NCBI GenBank assembly: GCA_950097015.1
Contig: CATNEN010000024.1
Location: forward strand, 5,766,001-5,830,000
DNA: 64,000 nt
Direction of reading: 5' to 3'
From: Macrostomum hystrix
Lineage: Eukaryota > Animalia > Platyhelminthes
The notes beneath the pieces were generated by a model. That model saw only the letters and a list, made by a program, of their open reading frames with translations, was not told the origin of the DNA and did not search any database. The position numbers and the translations under genes are program-made. Shown piece after piece: positions 33,969 through 45,093 of the stretch; the stretch's first letter is position 1, and every line of letters starts with the position of its first letter.

Positions 33969-36900
33969 TTAGAATGGCATATGCTTGCATACCATACAAA
34001 AGTAATATTTCGATCTTGGTGACCCCGAAAGACCCTGACAATTCAGATGATACCAAAGTAGGCAGCTGTCACATGCGATAGAATTCTCGGCGTCGTCGGG
34101 CGAGCAGCAAACAGGACAATTCCAGGCCGTTCGTTGGATTTTGCCAACGATGCTCTTCAGTTTCGTCAATCCACTCGGAGAAAAAAAATGGGCGACTACT
34201 TTCAAATCAACCAAGGAATCACTTATTCCTTTATGTATATCGGACTTCAGGCCTTCAGCGTCAATTTTTTGTAGCCCATCTAGAGCAGCCTAGGCAGTTT
34301 CTTTGTCGCAAATCCAGTTCAGGATTACTGAAAAAATTGTTTTGCGTCTTGCAAACATGAACGTAAAATCTCACCCTCTACCTCGCCCTCCACCCCCGCT
34401 TTACCTTCTCCTCACCCTCCGTGAGCCTGCTCTACCCTATTTCCCACCAAAGAATCAGGCCTTTCCTATCCAGCCATTCTTCCTCCGCTCCAGCAATTCC
34501 CAATTCTATCCCTTCCCCTGGCATTGGAATCACCCACCCTTCTCGCGCCTCTACTGTTTGGCTACCTGGAACATGGTTTCCAACTTTATGCAAAGGAAGA
34601 TTTCCATGCCCTCTTATATCTACTCATCCCGAAGTCAGTAGTATGGTGTGCACTGGGACATTCAAAAGACTAACTAAGACTGCAGTACTGTTCATACCCA
34701 GGCCCCAGAGGAAGCATGCTCTTGCAAACCACCCGAAGTCATAACACAAAAAAAAATTACTTACGCCGCTGCTTTTCCAACAGTGAAAGTTGCTGAAATG
34801 TACTGTTAGATCGCTTGGCCTTTTTTGCCTTTGGTAGCCCAATAACATTTAAATCGCAGCCCTTAGGTCGACCGCGCATCCTGGCTGCCTGAGGCCAAAT
34901 AAGCTTACTCAATTCTTGTCGAACATCACTAGTAGACGATTCAATTGGTGTTAACGCATGAGGTTGAGCGCCTGACGGCAAAGGCTGCTCGGTAGTTAGT
35001 GGCGGCTGGTCGACATGAGGTTGAGCGCCTGACGGCAAAGGCTGCTCGGTAGTTAGTGGTGGCTGGTCGACATGAGGTTGAGCGCCTGACGGCAAAGGCT
35101 GCTCGGTAGTTAGTGGCGGCTGGTCGACATGAGGTTGAGCGCCTGACGGCAAAGGCTGCTCGGTAGTTAGTGGCGGCTGGTCGACATGAGGTTGAGCGTC
35201 TGACGGCAAAGGCTGCTCGGTAGTTAGTGGCGGCTGGTCGACATGAGGTTGAGTGTCTGACGGCAAAGGCTGCTCGGTAGTTAGTGGCGGCTGGTCGACA
35301 TGAGGTTGAGCGCCTGACGGCAAAGGCTGCTCGGTAGTTAGTGGCGGCTGGTCGACATGAGGTTGAGCACCTGACGGCAAAGGCTGCTCGGTAGTTAGTG
35401 GCGGCTGGTCGACATGAGGTTGAGCGCCTGACGGCAAAGGCTGCTCGGTAGTTAGTGGCGGCTGGTCAACATGAGGTTGAGCGCCTGACGGCAAAGGCTG
35501 CTCGGTAGTTAGTGGCGGCTGGTCGACATGAGGTTGAGCGCCTGACGGCAAAGGCTGCTCGGTAGTTAGTGGCGGCTGGTCGACATGAGGTTGAGCGTCT
35601 GACGGCAAAGGCTGCTCGGTAGTTAGTGGCGGCTGGTCGACATGAGGTTGAGCGCCTGACGGCAAAGGCTGCTCGGTAGTTAGTGGCGGCTGGTCGACAT
35701 GAGGTTGAGCGTCTGACGGCAAAGGCTGCTCGGTAGTTAGTGGCGGCTGGTCGACATGAGGTTGAGTGTCTGACGGCAAAGGCTGCTCGGTAGTTAGTGG
35801 CGGCTGGTCGACATGAGGTTGAGCGCCTGACGGCAAAGGCTGCTCGGTAGTTAGTGGCGGCTGGTCGACATGAGGTTGAGCGCCTGACGGCAAAGGCTGC
35901 TCGGTAGTTAGTGGCGGCTGGTCGACATGAGGTTGAGCACCTGACGGCAAAGGCTGCTCGGTAGTTAGTGGCGGCTGGTCGACATGAGGTTGAGCGCCTG
36001 ACGGCAAAGGCTGCTCGGTAGTTAGTGGCGGCTGGTCAACATGAGGTTGAGCGCCTGACGGCAAAGGCTGCTCGGTAGTTAGTGGCGGCTGGTCGACATG
36101 AGGTTGAGCGCCTGATGGCAAAGGCTGCTCGGTAGTTAGTGGCGGCTGGTCGACATGAGGTTGAGCGCCTGACGGCAAAGGCTGCTCGGTAGTTAGTGGC
36201 GGCTGGTCGACATGAGGTTGAGCGTCTGACGGCAAAGGCTGCTCGGTAGTTAGTGGCGGCTGGTCGACATGAGGTTGAGCGCCTGACGGCAAAGGCTGCT
36301 CGGTAGTTAGTGGCGGCTGGTCGACATGAGGTTGAGCGTCTGATGGCAAAGGCTGCTCGGCAACAAACGATTGAAACAAATCGGACAAGTCTTGAGTAGC
36401 AATGTCCTCGGAAATAGTAACTTGAACATTCTGATTCTTCGACCAGGCGGAAGCAAGTTGCTTAAGCGTCGCTAGCCGCACTTGAAAATCACGTACTCCA
36501 TTTGCAGCTGCTAACTCTGCGAGCCTATGAGTAACCTGAGAGCAGTTTAAGTAGGATAGGCCTGATTTCGCTGGTGAATTTTTGCATGATCACGTAAATG
36601 AAATTGAACTATTTCTATATGAAAACTGTAGCTTTAAAGTTTGTTTTAAATATCCATGGAGGGGAATAATGTAAATAAAATAAAGAGACGAGTGAGGACA
36701 ATAGAGTCAAACATTAACATTAGTATTTGAGTGTATTGGGGCCAATTTTGGAGTCTGCTGTGGTCCCCCAAGTGTGCTGGTAAATTTACTAAATTTCCCC
36801 AAAAGTGACAGTTTTATCTGTAGATGCTTACCGAAAATGCCATCTTAAGCAACTCATTCGCAGTTGGGATTCGATTGTGCCGTATGCCGGATAAAGCAAG

Positions 36901-37330
36901 CCCACTTTGGTCCTGAATAGAATCAATAGAATCTGTTGAGCAGTCAACAAACGCTCGATGTGATTTGACATAGAATTTCTGCGTCCAGCGAGTAGCGCAC
37001 AGATCGGGAACATACAGGTCCAGGTCCTCCATTTTCCTCATGGAAAAAATGTGCGCACATGGCAGTTTTGAAGACATGAACAAAGGACATGTGCATTGTC
37101 TGGTCGTACTTGTATACTCAGTACTGCCGAGACTATTCATAATCAGTTGGGCTCGAACCATTTTAAATGCGTAGGGCGTTAGCAGATTACAGTACTGAGC
37201 CAGGGTACTGCCGGGTGGATAAACAACCACATCTCTCTTTTGGAGCAGCTTTATCGCCCGACTGTGCGAATCAGTCAGTGCGACCCGAAAAAGTAACTGC
37301 GCAACAGCAGGAACAGTAAATAGAAACATA
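33969..37330 (-). pseudogene. MULE-type SWIM zinc finger / repeat / PHD finger gene remnant (spliced, premature stop)
   Basis: SWIM: CTCPLFMSSKLPCAH...RWT. RGRPKG..VIGLPK. PHD: WNCPVC...CDSCLLWYHLNC...YFCMVC. A gtaagt donor lies near 34765, and an in-frame TAG falls in the last exon (DKETA*AAL). The DDE core is not visible. Confidence 0.7.
34957..36362. repeat. 57-bp (19-aa) coding tandem repeat
   Basis: About 24-25 near-identical copies encoding EQPLPSGAQPHVDQPPLTT. Confidence 0.97.
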
Positions 37331-38064
37331 AAACGGCAAAGTAAATAAAAGTTCACCCACTAGGTCATGTACGTCACAAAGTTCAGAAATTTGACATTTG
37401 CGACATATTAGTAATTATTATTCAAGCACGAGTGTCGCAATGTAAATAATTATTGGGGGCATTGGAAACGTGACTATTACTAAGCAGGCAAAAATTTCCA
37501 AACTCGGTAATATTTTCTATGCAGGCAATAGTTTCCAAACAGGCAATTATTTCCTAAACAGAGATGGACTTTTATCGGCCAATAGGTTACAATTCAAACA
37601 AGTAACTCAATAAAAAACGAAAGTTTCAGCACTGGATTTTACAAGTCTTAAAGTTTAGAAAGACTTTATGTATACCAGTTGCCACATATTGCTATTGGTA
37701 CTTCAGTACGAGAAAGATAATATTGACACTTTTATTGCAACATTGGAAAATATTACCATTACCATTTCGTGCAAGAACTTCGAGTCAGAGAAACTGTTTG
37801 GAACAGCCCTCGACAAATAAAACGAAAAACTACAGGAAATCTTCAATACAGCGCATCACTTGATCTGGCGATATGCCTGGATTCGAGTTAACAAAACTCT
37901 TTACGCGTCGCTGTGAGGGCATTACCTTTGCCTTAATGTCCAATGCAAAGCACTTTCTAACCCTGTCGGCAAAAAGTGAGCAAATGGAAGAATTTTCACG
38001 ACCCAAAACTTTAGCAAAGGTGTCATCCAGCGCCTGATTACTTGTGTGACCAACATCCTGTGCA

Positions 38065-38662
38065 TTGGCAGAGCTGCGGGCCGAAGCTCCTGACGAACCA
38101 GTCTGTGCCTTGGCAGAGCTGCCGGCCGATGCAGGTAAAGAACCAGCCTGTGCCTTGGCGCAGCTGCGGGCCGAAGCACCTGACGAACCAGCCTGTGCAT
38201 TGGCAGAGCTGCCGGCCGAAGCAGTTGAGAAATCAGCCTGTGCCTTGGCAGAGCTGCGGGCCGAAGCTCCTGACGAACCAGTCTGTGCCTTGGCAGAGCT
38301 GCCGGCCGATGCAGGTAAAGAACCAGCCTGTGCCTTGGCGCAGCTGCGGGCCGAAGCACCTGACGAACCAGCCTGTGCATTGGCAGAGCTGCCGGCCGAA
38401 GCAGTTGAGAAATCAGCCTGTGCCTTGGCAGAGCTGCGGGCCGAAGCTCCTGACGAACCAGTCTGTGCCTTGGCAGAGCTGCCGGCCGATGCAGGTAAAG
38501 AACCAGCCTGTGCCTTGGCGCAGCTGCGGGCCGAAGCACCTGACGAACCAGCCTGTGCATTGGCAGAGCTGCCGGCCGAAGCAGTTGAGAAATCAGCCTG
38601 TGCCTTGGCAGAGCTGCGGGCCGAAGCACCTGACGAACCAGCCTGTGCATTGGCAGAGCTGC
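38065..38662. repeat. 45-bp monomers in a 180-bp higher-order coding repeat
   Basis: Four 15-aa Ala/Ser variants (for example SANAQAGSSGASARS) recur with an exact 180-bp period (38068 to 38248). Confidence 0.93.
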
Positions 38663-40787
38663 GTGCCACAGCTACAGTCGAAGAGCTACATGTTTCAATA
38701 GAACCAGTACGTCTGGGACTTGCTGCAGAGCTGAATGCTGCAGCGACAGCGGAAGATCCACGGGCACCAACAGAACTCGTTCCACGTCTTGCGTTCAACG
38801 CTAGCAAAACAGACTGAGGACTGTTTGATACAACAGTTGGCTTGTAATTTTGTAATTCAGTAGTCTTTTCATTTTCAAGTGCAGTAGTTTGAAGCAAGTT
38901 GAGCACCATGACCCGTGCCGCACTGCTTTTAAGACCAGGCGTAGCCATGTATGACTGCTTGGCCACTTCAGGCCGGTGTACTAGTCGGTCGGACACTATG
39001 GCTTGCTGCTCTACGGATAAATACATGCGACTGTACGTCTCAACGAATTTGCGATAGTCAGTATGAGTCAAACGCGAAATAAGGTTAAACTTTTTCCTTT
39101 CAGCCGACCAGGCCACGCTGAACCCATTTGGGTACGGAAATAATGAGGCTTCCATGTCACACTCCTGCTGCAGACGACGATTGCCATAGCGAAGGAGTAG
39201 ATCACGAGCGACATCGACTGCTACCCTGACTGGCCCATAGGCGTAATCTGTTTTGTGAGAATGAACTAGAAAATCACGTTCCGTGTTTTCTTTCCACTGT
39301 ACAAATTCTGCTAGTGTTGCGTTCGTTGCTACTTCCGGACGGCTTGCATTGCCATCTAAGAAAGAAAATGCTGCTCCCAGTGCTAACATTGCTAGCCGAT
39401 CGTCTTCATCGTTAAGTGCTTTTTGCACAAGATGAGCACAATGCTGATGTAGAAAGTCGACTTGCTCAATGCTCAGAAGCTTGGTGTCGAGCTCACACTT
39501 TCGCTTAGATTCTATGATGCGCTTCACTTTTCGATCATACGTTTCACGGAGAGATTGAATTCTTTCTTTGAAAGCAGTGAGATGGTATTTTTTCTTTCTA
39601 TCTGAAATGTCAACCCTCTTTCTAGTTGTAAAAAAAGTACCTAGATGTTTTAATGCCGCAAGGTATCTCGCAGCTCTGGCAGCAATTCTGGTACTTTCCT
39701 CCTCAACGAATGTTGAAATTTCAGCACACACGGAATCCTCCAATAGAAGAAATGGGTCGTCGATGTTGAGCTTAACACATATTTTTTAAATGGCTGCTCG
39801 GTATGGAAGCGATGTACTCTTCACTAGGCCCTTGCCATCCCAAGCAGTCAAAAACATCTCATACTCATCAAGCCATTTGTTTAAATCACTTTTCTCTCTA
39901 GAGATAACAACATCTTCCTTATCGATATTGCTCTTCTCAATGGCTTTCTGCAGTTTCTGTTCAACCAAAGGGATCTTATGCTTATGCAGCCGGTGGGAGC
40001 TAATACACTTTCCTGGAAGAAAATGCAGTTGACAATCAGGACATTTGACTTTATCTTTTCTGTAGCTTTCACACAAAGCCTCTGTGTGCTGCTTGATCTG
40101 CAAAACCAATTGATCTATAGAAACAGTTTCGCTTAATAGGTGTTGGTGTGACTGCTTAATATGCTGTCGAAGTTTGGAGTTATTCACTTTATGATCGACG
40201 GTGATCCCGTTTTTCTTTGGCAGTGGGCACAAATAGGACACCCCAGGACCAGGTGAACCTTTCAGTGGCTTAAGTTCTTGATTGCTACCCTCATCACCGA
40301 CAAGTTCTTCACCAACATCACTTTCAGCCTCAGCATTCGTCTCAGATGTTCTTAAGATCTTATCATGATTGGTATTGGCACACCCTGGGTTAGTTTTTTC
40401 AGCAACTGATTCAGTACCTGTTTGATTGGTAGCGAGAACTTCTGGGCAAAGGTTACTGCCACCGGTCAAAAAAACATTAGAAGTCATGGCAGACAACAGA
40501 TCACACTCAGAGATTGATTCTGTCTCACACGTGTCTGGCATAATAGTATCCATCTCAGCAGTTGTTGTTTCATTCATCGAATGCAACACGTTAGGAATAC
40601 CTACAGTAGCACTCAGCTGATCCTCAACTGTGCCTCTGATGCTGCAGTACTCAGAAATACCGATTTCAGGATTCTCAAATAAAAGGTCTACTAATGAAAC
40701 ATGTGCATGTTTCAAAAGTTCACAGTTAGCATCAGCATCAAAGCCACTTAGCATTTTATCAGTACCACTTATATATGCACTTTTGTC

Positions 40788-41250
40788 ATTACCACCAGTC
40801 AAGTCATTGCCTCCACCATCATTGCTGCTGTTCTTGTCGTTACCACCAGTCAAGTCATTGCCTCCACCATCATTGCTGCTGTTCTTGTCGTTACCACCAG
40901 TCAAGTCATTGCCTCCACCATCATTGCTGCTGTTCTTGTCGTTACCACCAGTCAAGTCATTGCCTCCACCATCATTGCTGCTGTTCTTGTCGTTACCACC
41001 AGTCAAGTCATTGCCTCCACCATCATTGCTGCTGTTCTTGTCGTTACCACCAGTCAAGTCATTGCCTCCACCATCATTGCTGCTGTTCTTGTCGTTACCA
41101 CCAGTCAAGTCATTGCCTCCACCATCATTGCTGCTGTTCTTGTCGTTACCACCAGTCAAGTCATTGCCTCCACCATCATTGCTGCTGTTCTTGTCGTTAC
41201 CACCAGTCAAGTCATTGCCTCCACCATCATTGCTGATTTTCTTGTCATTA
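40788..41250. repeat. 51-bp (17-aa) coding tandem repeat
   Basis: About 9 copies encoding GGNDKNSSNDGGGNDLT. Confidence 0.95.
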
Positions 41251-42597
41251 CTACTCATCACACCTTCACTAGTGATTAGAGCAGTTTTTCTCTCCGAAAT
41301 TATGGACAAATCAACACTTTGGCATCTTCTTTTTGTACCCTGCTGTGTGGAATGCGACTTCTTTGCTATACAGCCTTTCCATTCCTTGCCGCTTTCATCA
41401 ATATATGAAATTTCATCACCACCAGTTGGGTTCTGAGAGTTAAATTTTACATCACTAATGCAAACATAATGTGCAGCACCATCTGACTTGTCAAACCAGT
41501 TAATAAGAATTTGTTTACCAATGTGTGACTTGCGTATAATGGCATTGTTGATATATACATTGGAAACAGTACTCACTGTACAAATTTGATCGCCATGATT
41601 GCCACTTTTGTCTTCCTTTTTAAGCTCATAAGATACTTGGTCATTAATTGGCTGCATTGTAATCATACCAGAACTTGTGGAAACCGTATATTGGTTTTCA
41701 CTATTACTAGGAGCTGTTAGACATAGTTTTTTTTGTTTTTTTTTATAGTAGAATTAGATTTCTTTACAATGCATCCCTTCCATTCCTTTCCCTGTCCATC
41801 AATGTATTTAACTTCATCACCACCACTTGGTGTGCTTGAAAAAAATTTTAGATCACTGACACACACATAGTGTGTTGAACCATCAGACTTGTCAAACCAA
41901 TCAATAAAAATTTGTTTTCCAAAATGTGACTTTCGAGTTACAGCGTTCTTTATATGGATAGCGGCAAAAGAAGCCTGAAAAAATGTAACTTGTTTGAGTT
42001 AAAAGTGTCACCATAAAAATGAAAGTGAAAAAAAATGTAAAATTATTTATCAATATTAACTCAATATTTTAATGGTCACTTATATGTATTAAAATAATGA
42101 AGTAACTGTGTTTATTAATAATAATATAAATGTTTAACTACTTTGAATACTTTCCCCCAGCGAAAAGTATATAATACTTTTTCATCTTTGAATACTTTAA
42201 ATATTTCTGATAAGTGATAATACATATTTTATATGTATAAATAATTGTACAACAATAATTAAAGATTTGTATATTTTTGTAATATCTATTAATATTTGGC
42301 TATTTGAAAAGCTAGGTTAGACCATACAAAGTAAAAAATATAACACCTTTGTTTATAAACTAAACAAATTTATACATTTATACCTATACAAAGTTATACA
42401 TTTATATATTAAAATAAAAGCAACCCATATAGGTAGCATTTGCAGTGTCATATTCTGGGTTTTTTTCTGCCATAGTTATGCCATGGCATCCTAGGTTTGG
42501 AAATGGCATCCTAAAATTTGAGCCCACTGCCATTTTGGCATCCAGATTTTTTGGGATAACCAAAGACATGCCAATGCCAAAACACAAGGACAGAGCT

Positions 42598-42730
42598 GTT
42601 TGCTCCGCTTGCCACCCAAAAGCTTCTAGCTTGCTCCGCTTGCCACCCAAAAGCTTCTAGCTCACTCCGCTCGCCACCCAAAAGCTTCTAGCTCGCTTTG
42701 CTCGCCACCCAAAAGCTTCTAGCTCGCCTT
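42598..42730. repeat. 31-bp tandem repeat
   Basis: TGCTCCGCTTGCCACCCAAAAGCTTCTAGCT x about 4. Confidence 0.85.
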
Positions 42731-44877
42731 TGTTGCTGCCCACAAAAAGCTCAGCTTTCTTTAATGACAAAACAGGATTTTGTGGCATGCTTTTTGGCCG
42801 ATATACATGTTAATTTGGTTTTCAGGCTAAAGCGGAAATTGTGTTGCTGAATTTCTTCATCCCCCTCCCACTAATTTGCCCCTGCCGATGCCCCTGTTAT
42901 CCATAGTGGACAGGGTCATATGCTACATATACTCTGGAACAGCCTTAAGTTTGAATTAAAACCTGTGAATTTGCCACCAAAACTGACTGGACATCTGGGC
43001 TAGTGCCATTCTAACAACTGTAAGGGTGGACCATTACAATTTTTTCTTTAAAAATGTTCCGTAAAGTTGTAATGGTCCCCCTTACAACATCTGGCATCCT
43101 TGTTTTCAATTTGGCATCCAGTTTTAGAACTTTAAAAATAAAAAACCCCAGTCATATTACCAACATTATATTATCAACAAAATAGTCATTTAACATGACC
43201 ATGCAAAATTGTACTAGCCAAATGGCATGGTCTTTAAATTGATTATGCCATCTTAAGCATTTAAAAACATAACAATAAACTAAATTTGGGTATGACAAGC
43301 TATTTCATGCACTGAATACAACTGTTTGATACAATGCAATAAACAATTCATAGTAACTAGATTTTAAGTAAAAAATCAAGTAAATTAATAGGAAGTAAAT
43401 ATAAATTATATTCTTAGGAAGTCAAGTCATGAAATAAACTCAATCCTCAATCTTAATAATAATCAGCAGGAATTATATTTTTAGGAAGTCAAGTCATAAA
43501 TTAAACTCAATCATCAATCCTTATCATCAGCAGGTTTATAAACAGAGTGGCAAAAATGATAGAAATTTACCATAGTTTACCATGCACATTGCTTTATAAA
43601 CTTGTGAGTTTAACTAATGAGTTTAACTTAAAAGGTAAAAATAAAATTCTGACCAGGTATTCTAATAAAAAGAATGGCATATAAACTTTCTGGAGAAAAC
43701 TTTAAAATGGCATGCCTACAAATACTTATATTGCACAGGGTGCAGCAACAGCTTTAGCTGACTCACATATTGTGAAATGAGCTAATTTAATTTTAGGCAA
43801 AAATTTTCAACTTAGGCGATTTTTTCAATATAGGCAATAATTTCCACTATAGGCAATGAACCAGTAATACAGGGTCCACAGCGTCGCCATATACGGACCC
43901 TAAAGGTCCAAACGTCATTGAGAGTCCGAATGTAAGGGTCCGAAAAAGGGTCCGCAGCGTCTGGACCCTAAAGGTCCGAATGTCTTTGGGGGTCCGAGGT
44001 CCGACAGGGGTTCGTAATATTAAGACGTATGTTACATGTTCAATATATGTTCAATCCCCATTTTTGTATAGCTGCAGAGAAAAAATCACGAACGATAAAA
44101 TCTATCGATTTGCGAATCTTAAATTTGAGTTTCGAGTAACATTAACTATATAATAGTACAATGCCTATAGCTGTGTCTTAATTATATAAAATGCTTCCAA
44201 TACCATGGCATATTCATCGCATACAGAGTATATTTTCGTAATAAATTTAGTGGAAAATTTAGAGAATTAGTATATTTGGAAGTTAAGTACAAAAATATAA
44301 TGAGAAAACAAAAAAAATTATTACAATATTAAGAATGGTAAACATGATCAAAGATAAAAATTAGGGAAAAAATTACAAAATATCAAGTTAAATCAGGCAC
44401 TAAAACAGTCTTTATATTCCATGCACTTATCTATACCCAAACTGTACCAATTTATCTGTATTTTCCGTCTAATTTCCAACTTATCTATACGTACGTATCT
44501 ATCTGTCTTTTTATTTGTGTATCTATCTATCGGTCTATGTATGCATTTATGTATTTATTATTCTTTCTTTATATCTATCAAACCAATTACTCAATATAAT
44601 TATACATTAGGTTAATTGGGCAAAGGTTAATTGGGTTTTAGACTAAGGACGCCAAATCTATGACAGGGGCGCCACTTCATAACTAATGGTGACAAATTTT
44701 AGATATCGGCGCCAAATTAAAAATTTCTTCCTTGAGTAAGTCACATGATGCTGCACCTGTAAAATCATAGTCTACTGGTGCATAATAATACAGATACAGA
44801 GAATATTAAGGAGTTCGAATTTTGATTCGCTTGAATTCGCTGTAATATGCAATTTTATTTTGTATTAGATAGCAGAT

Positions 44878-45022
44878 GAAATCGGCGGCAGGTTTGAATC
44901 GGCAACGGAAGGGTTTCTGATTGGCTGACAGATTGAATTGGCGACAGATGGAATCGGCGACAGATGGAATCGGCAACGGAAGGGTTTCTGATTGGCTGAC
45001 AGATGGAATCGGCAACAGATGC
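44878..45022. repeat. Short repeat cluster (GATGGAATCGGCRACAG) with a larger duplicated block
   Basis: Repeated GAATCGGCAACGGAAGGGTTTCTGATTGGCTGACAGA and GATGGAATCGGCGACA units. Confidence 0.7.
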
Positions 45023-45093
45023 GATGGAATATAACTATACATCAGGGGAACATAATAACTGCTTGTGAAATGTAAAATTTAGTTAATTTAGAG

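Larger units (their letters stand above)
37830..41974 (-). pseudogene. Large tyrosine-recombinase (Crypton-like) gene interrupted by a single in-frame TAA
   Basis: ORFs 41666-39786 and 39743-37830 are in the same frame (YRAAI*KICVKLNIDDPFLLLEDS). YR motifs: SRPE (R), HKT (K), THTDYRK (H/R), LVHRPEVAKQSY (H, Y). Two C2H2-like fingers lie upstream, and a further exon lies at about 41974-41770. Confidence 0.7.

Noticed and set aside
37922-41436. Alternative-frame and antisense repeat ORFs (37922-38650, 38042-38817, 40630-41436, 40775-41236 His/Cys-rich)
   Set aside because: They are shadows of coding tandem repeats whose unit is a multiple of 3. The His/Cys metallothionein look is coincidental.
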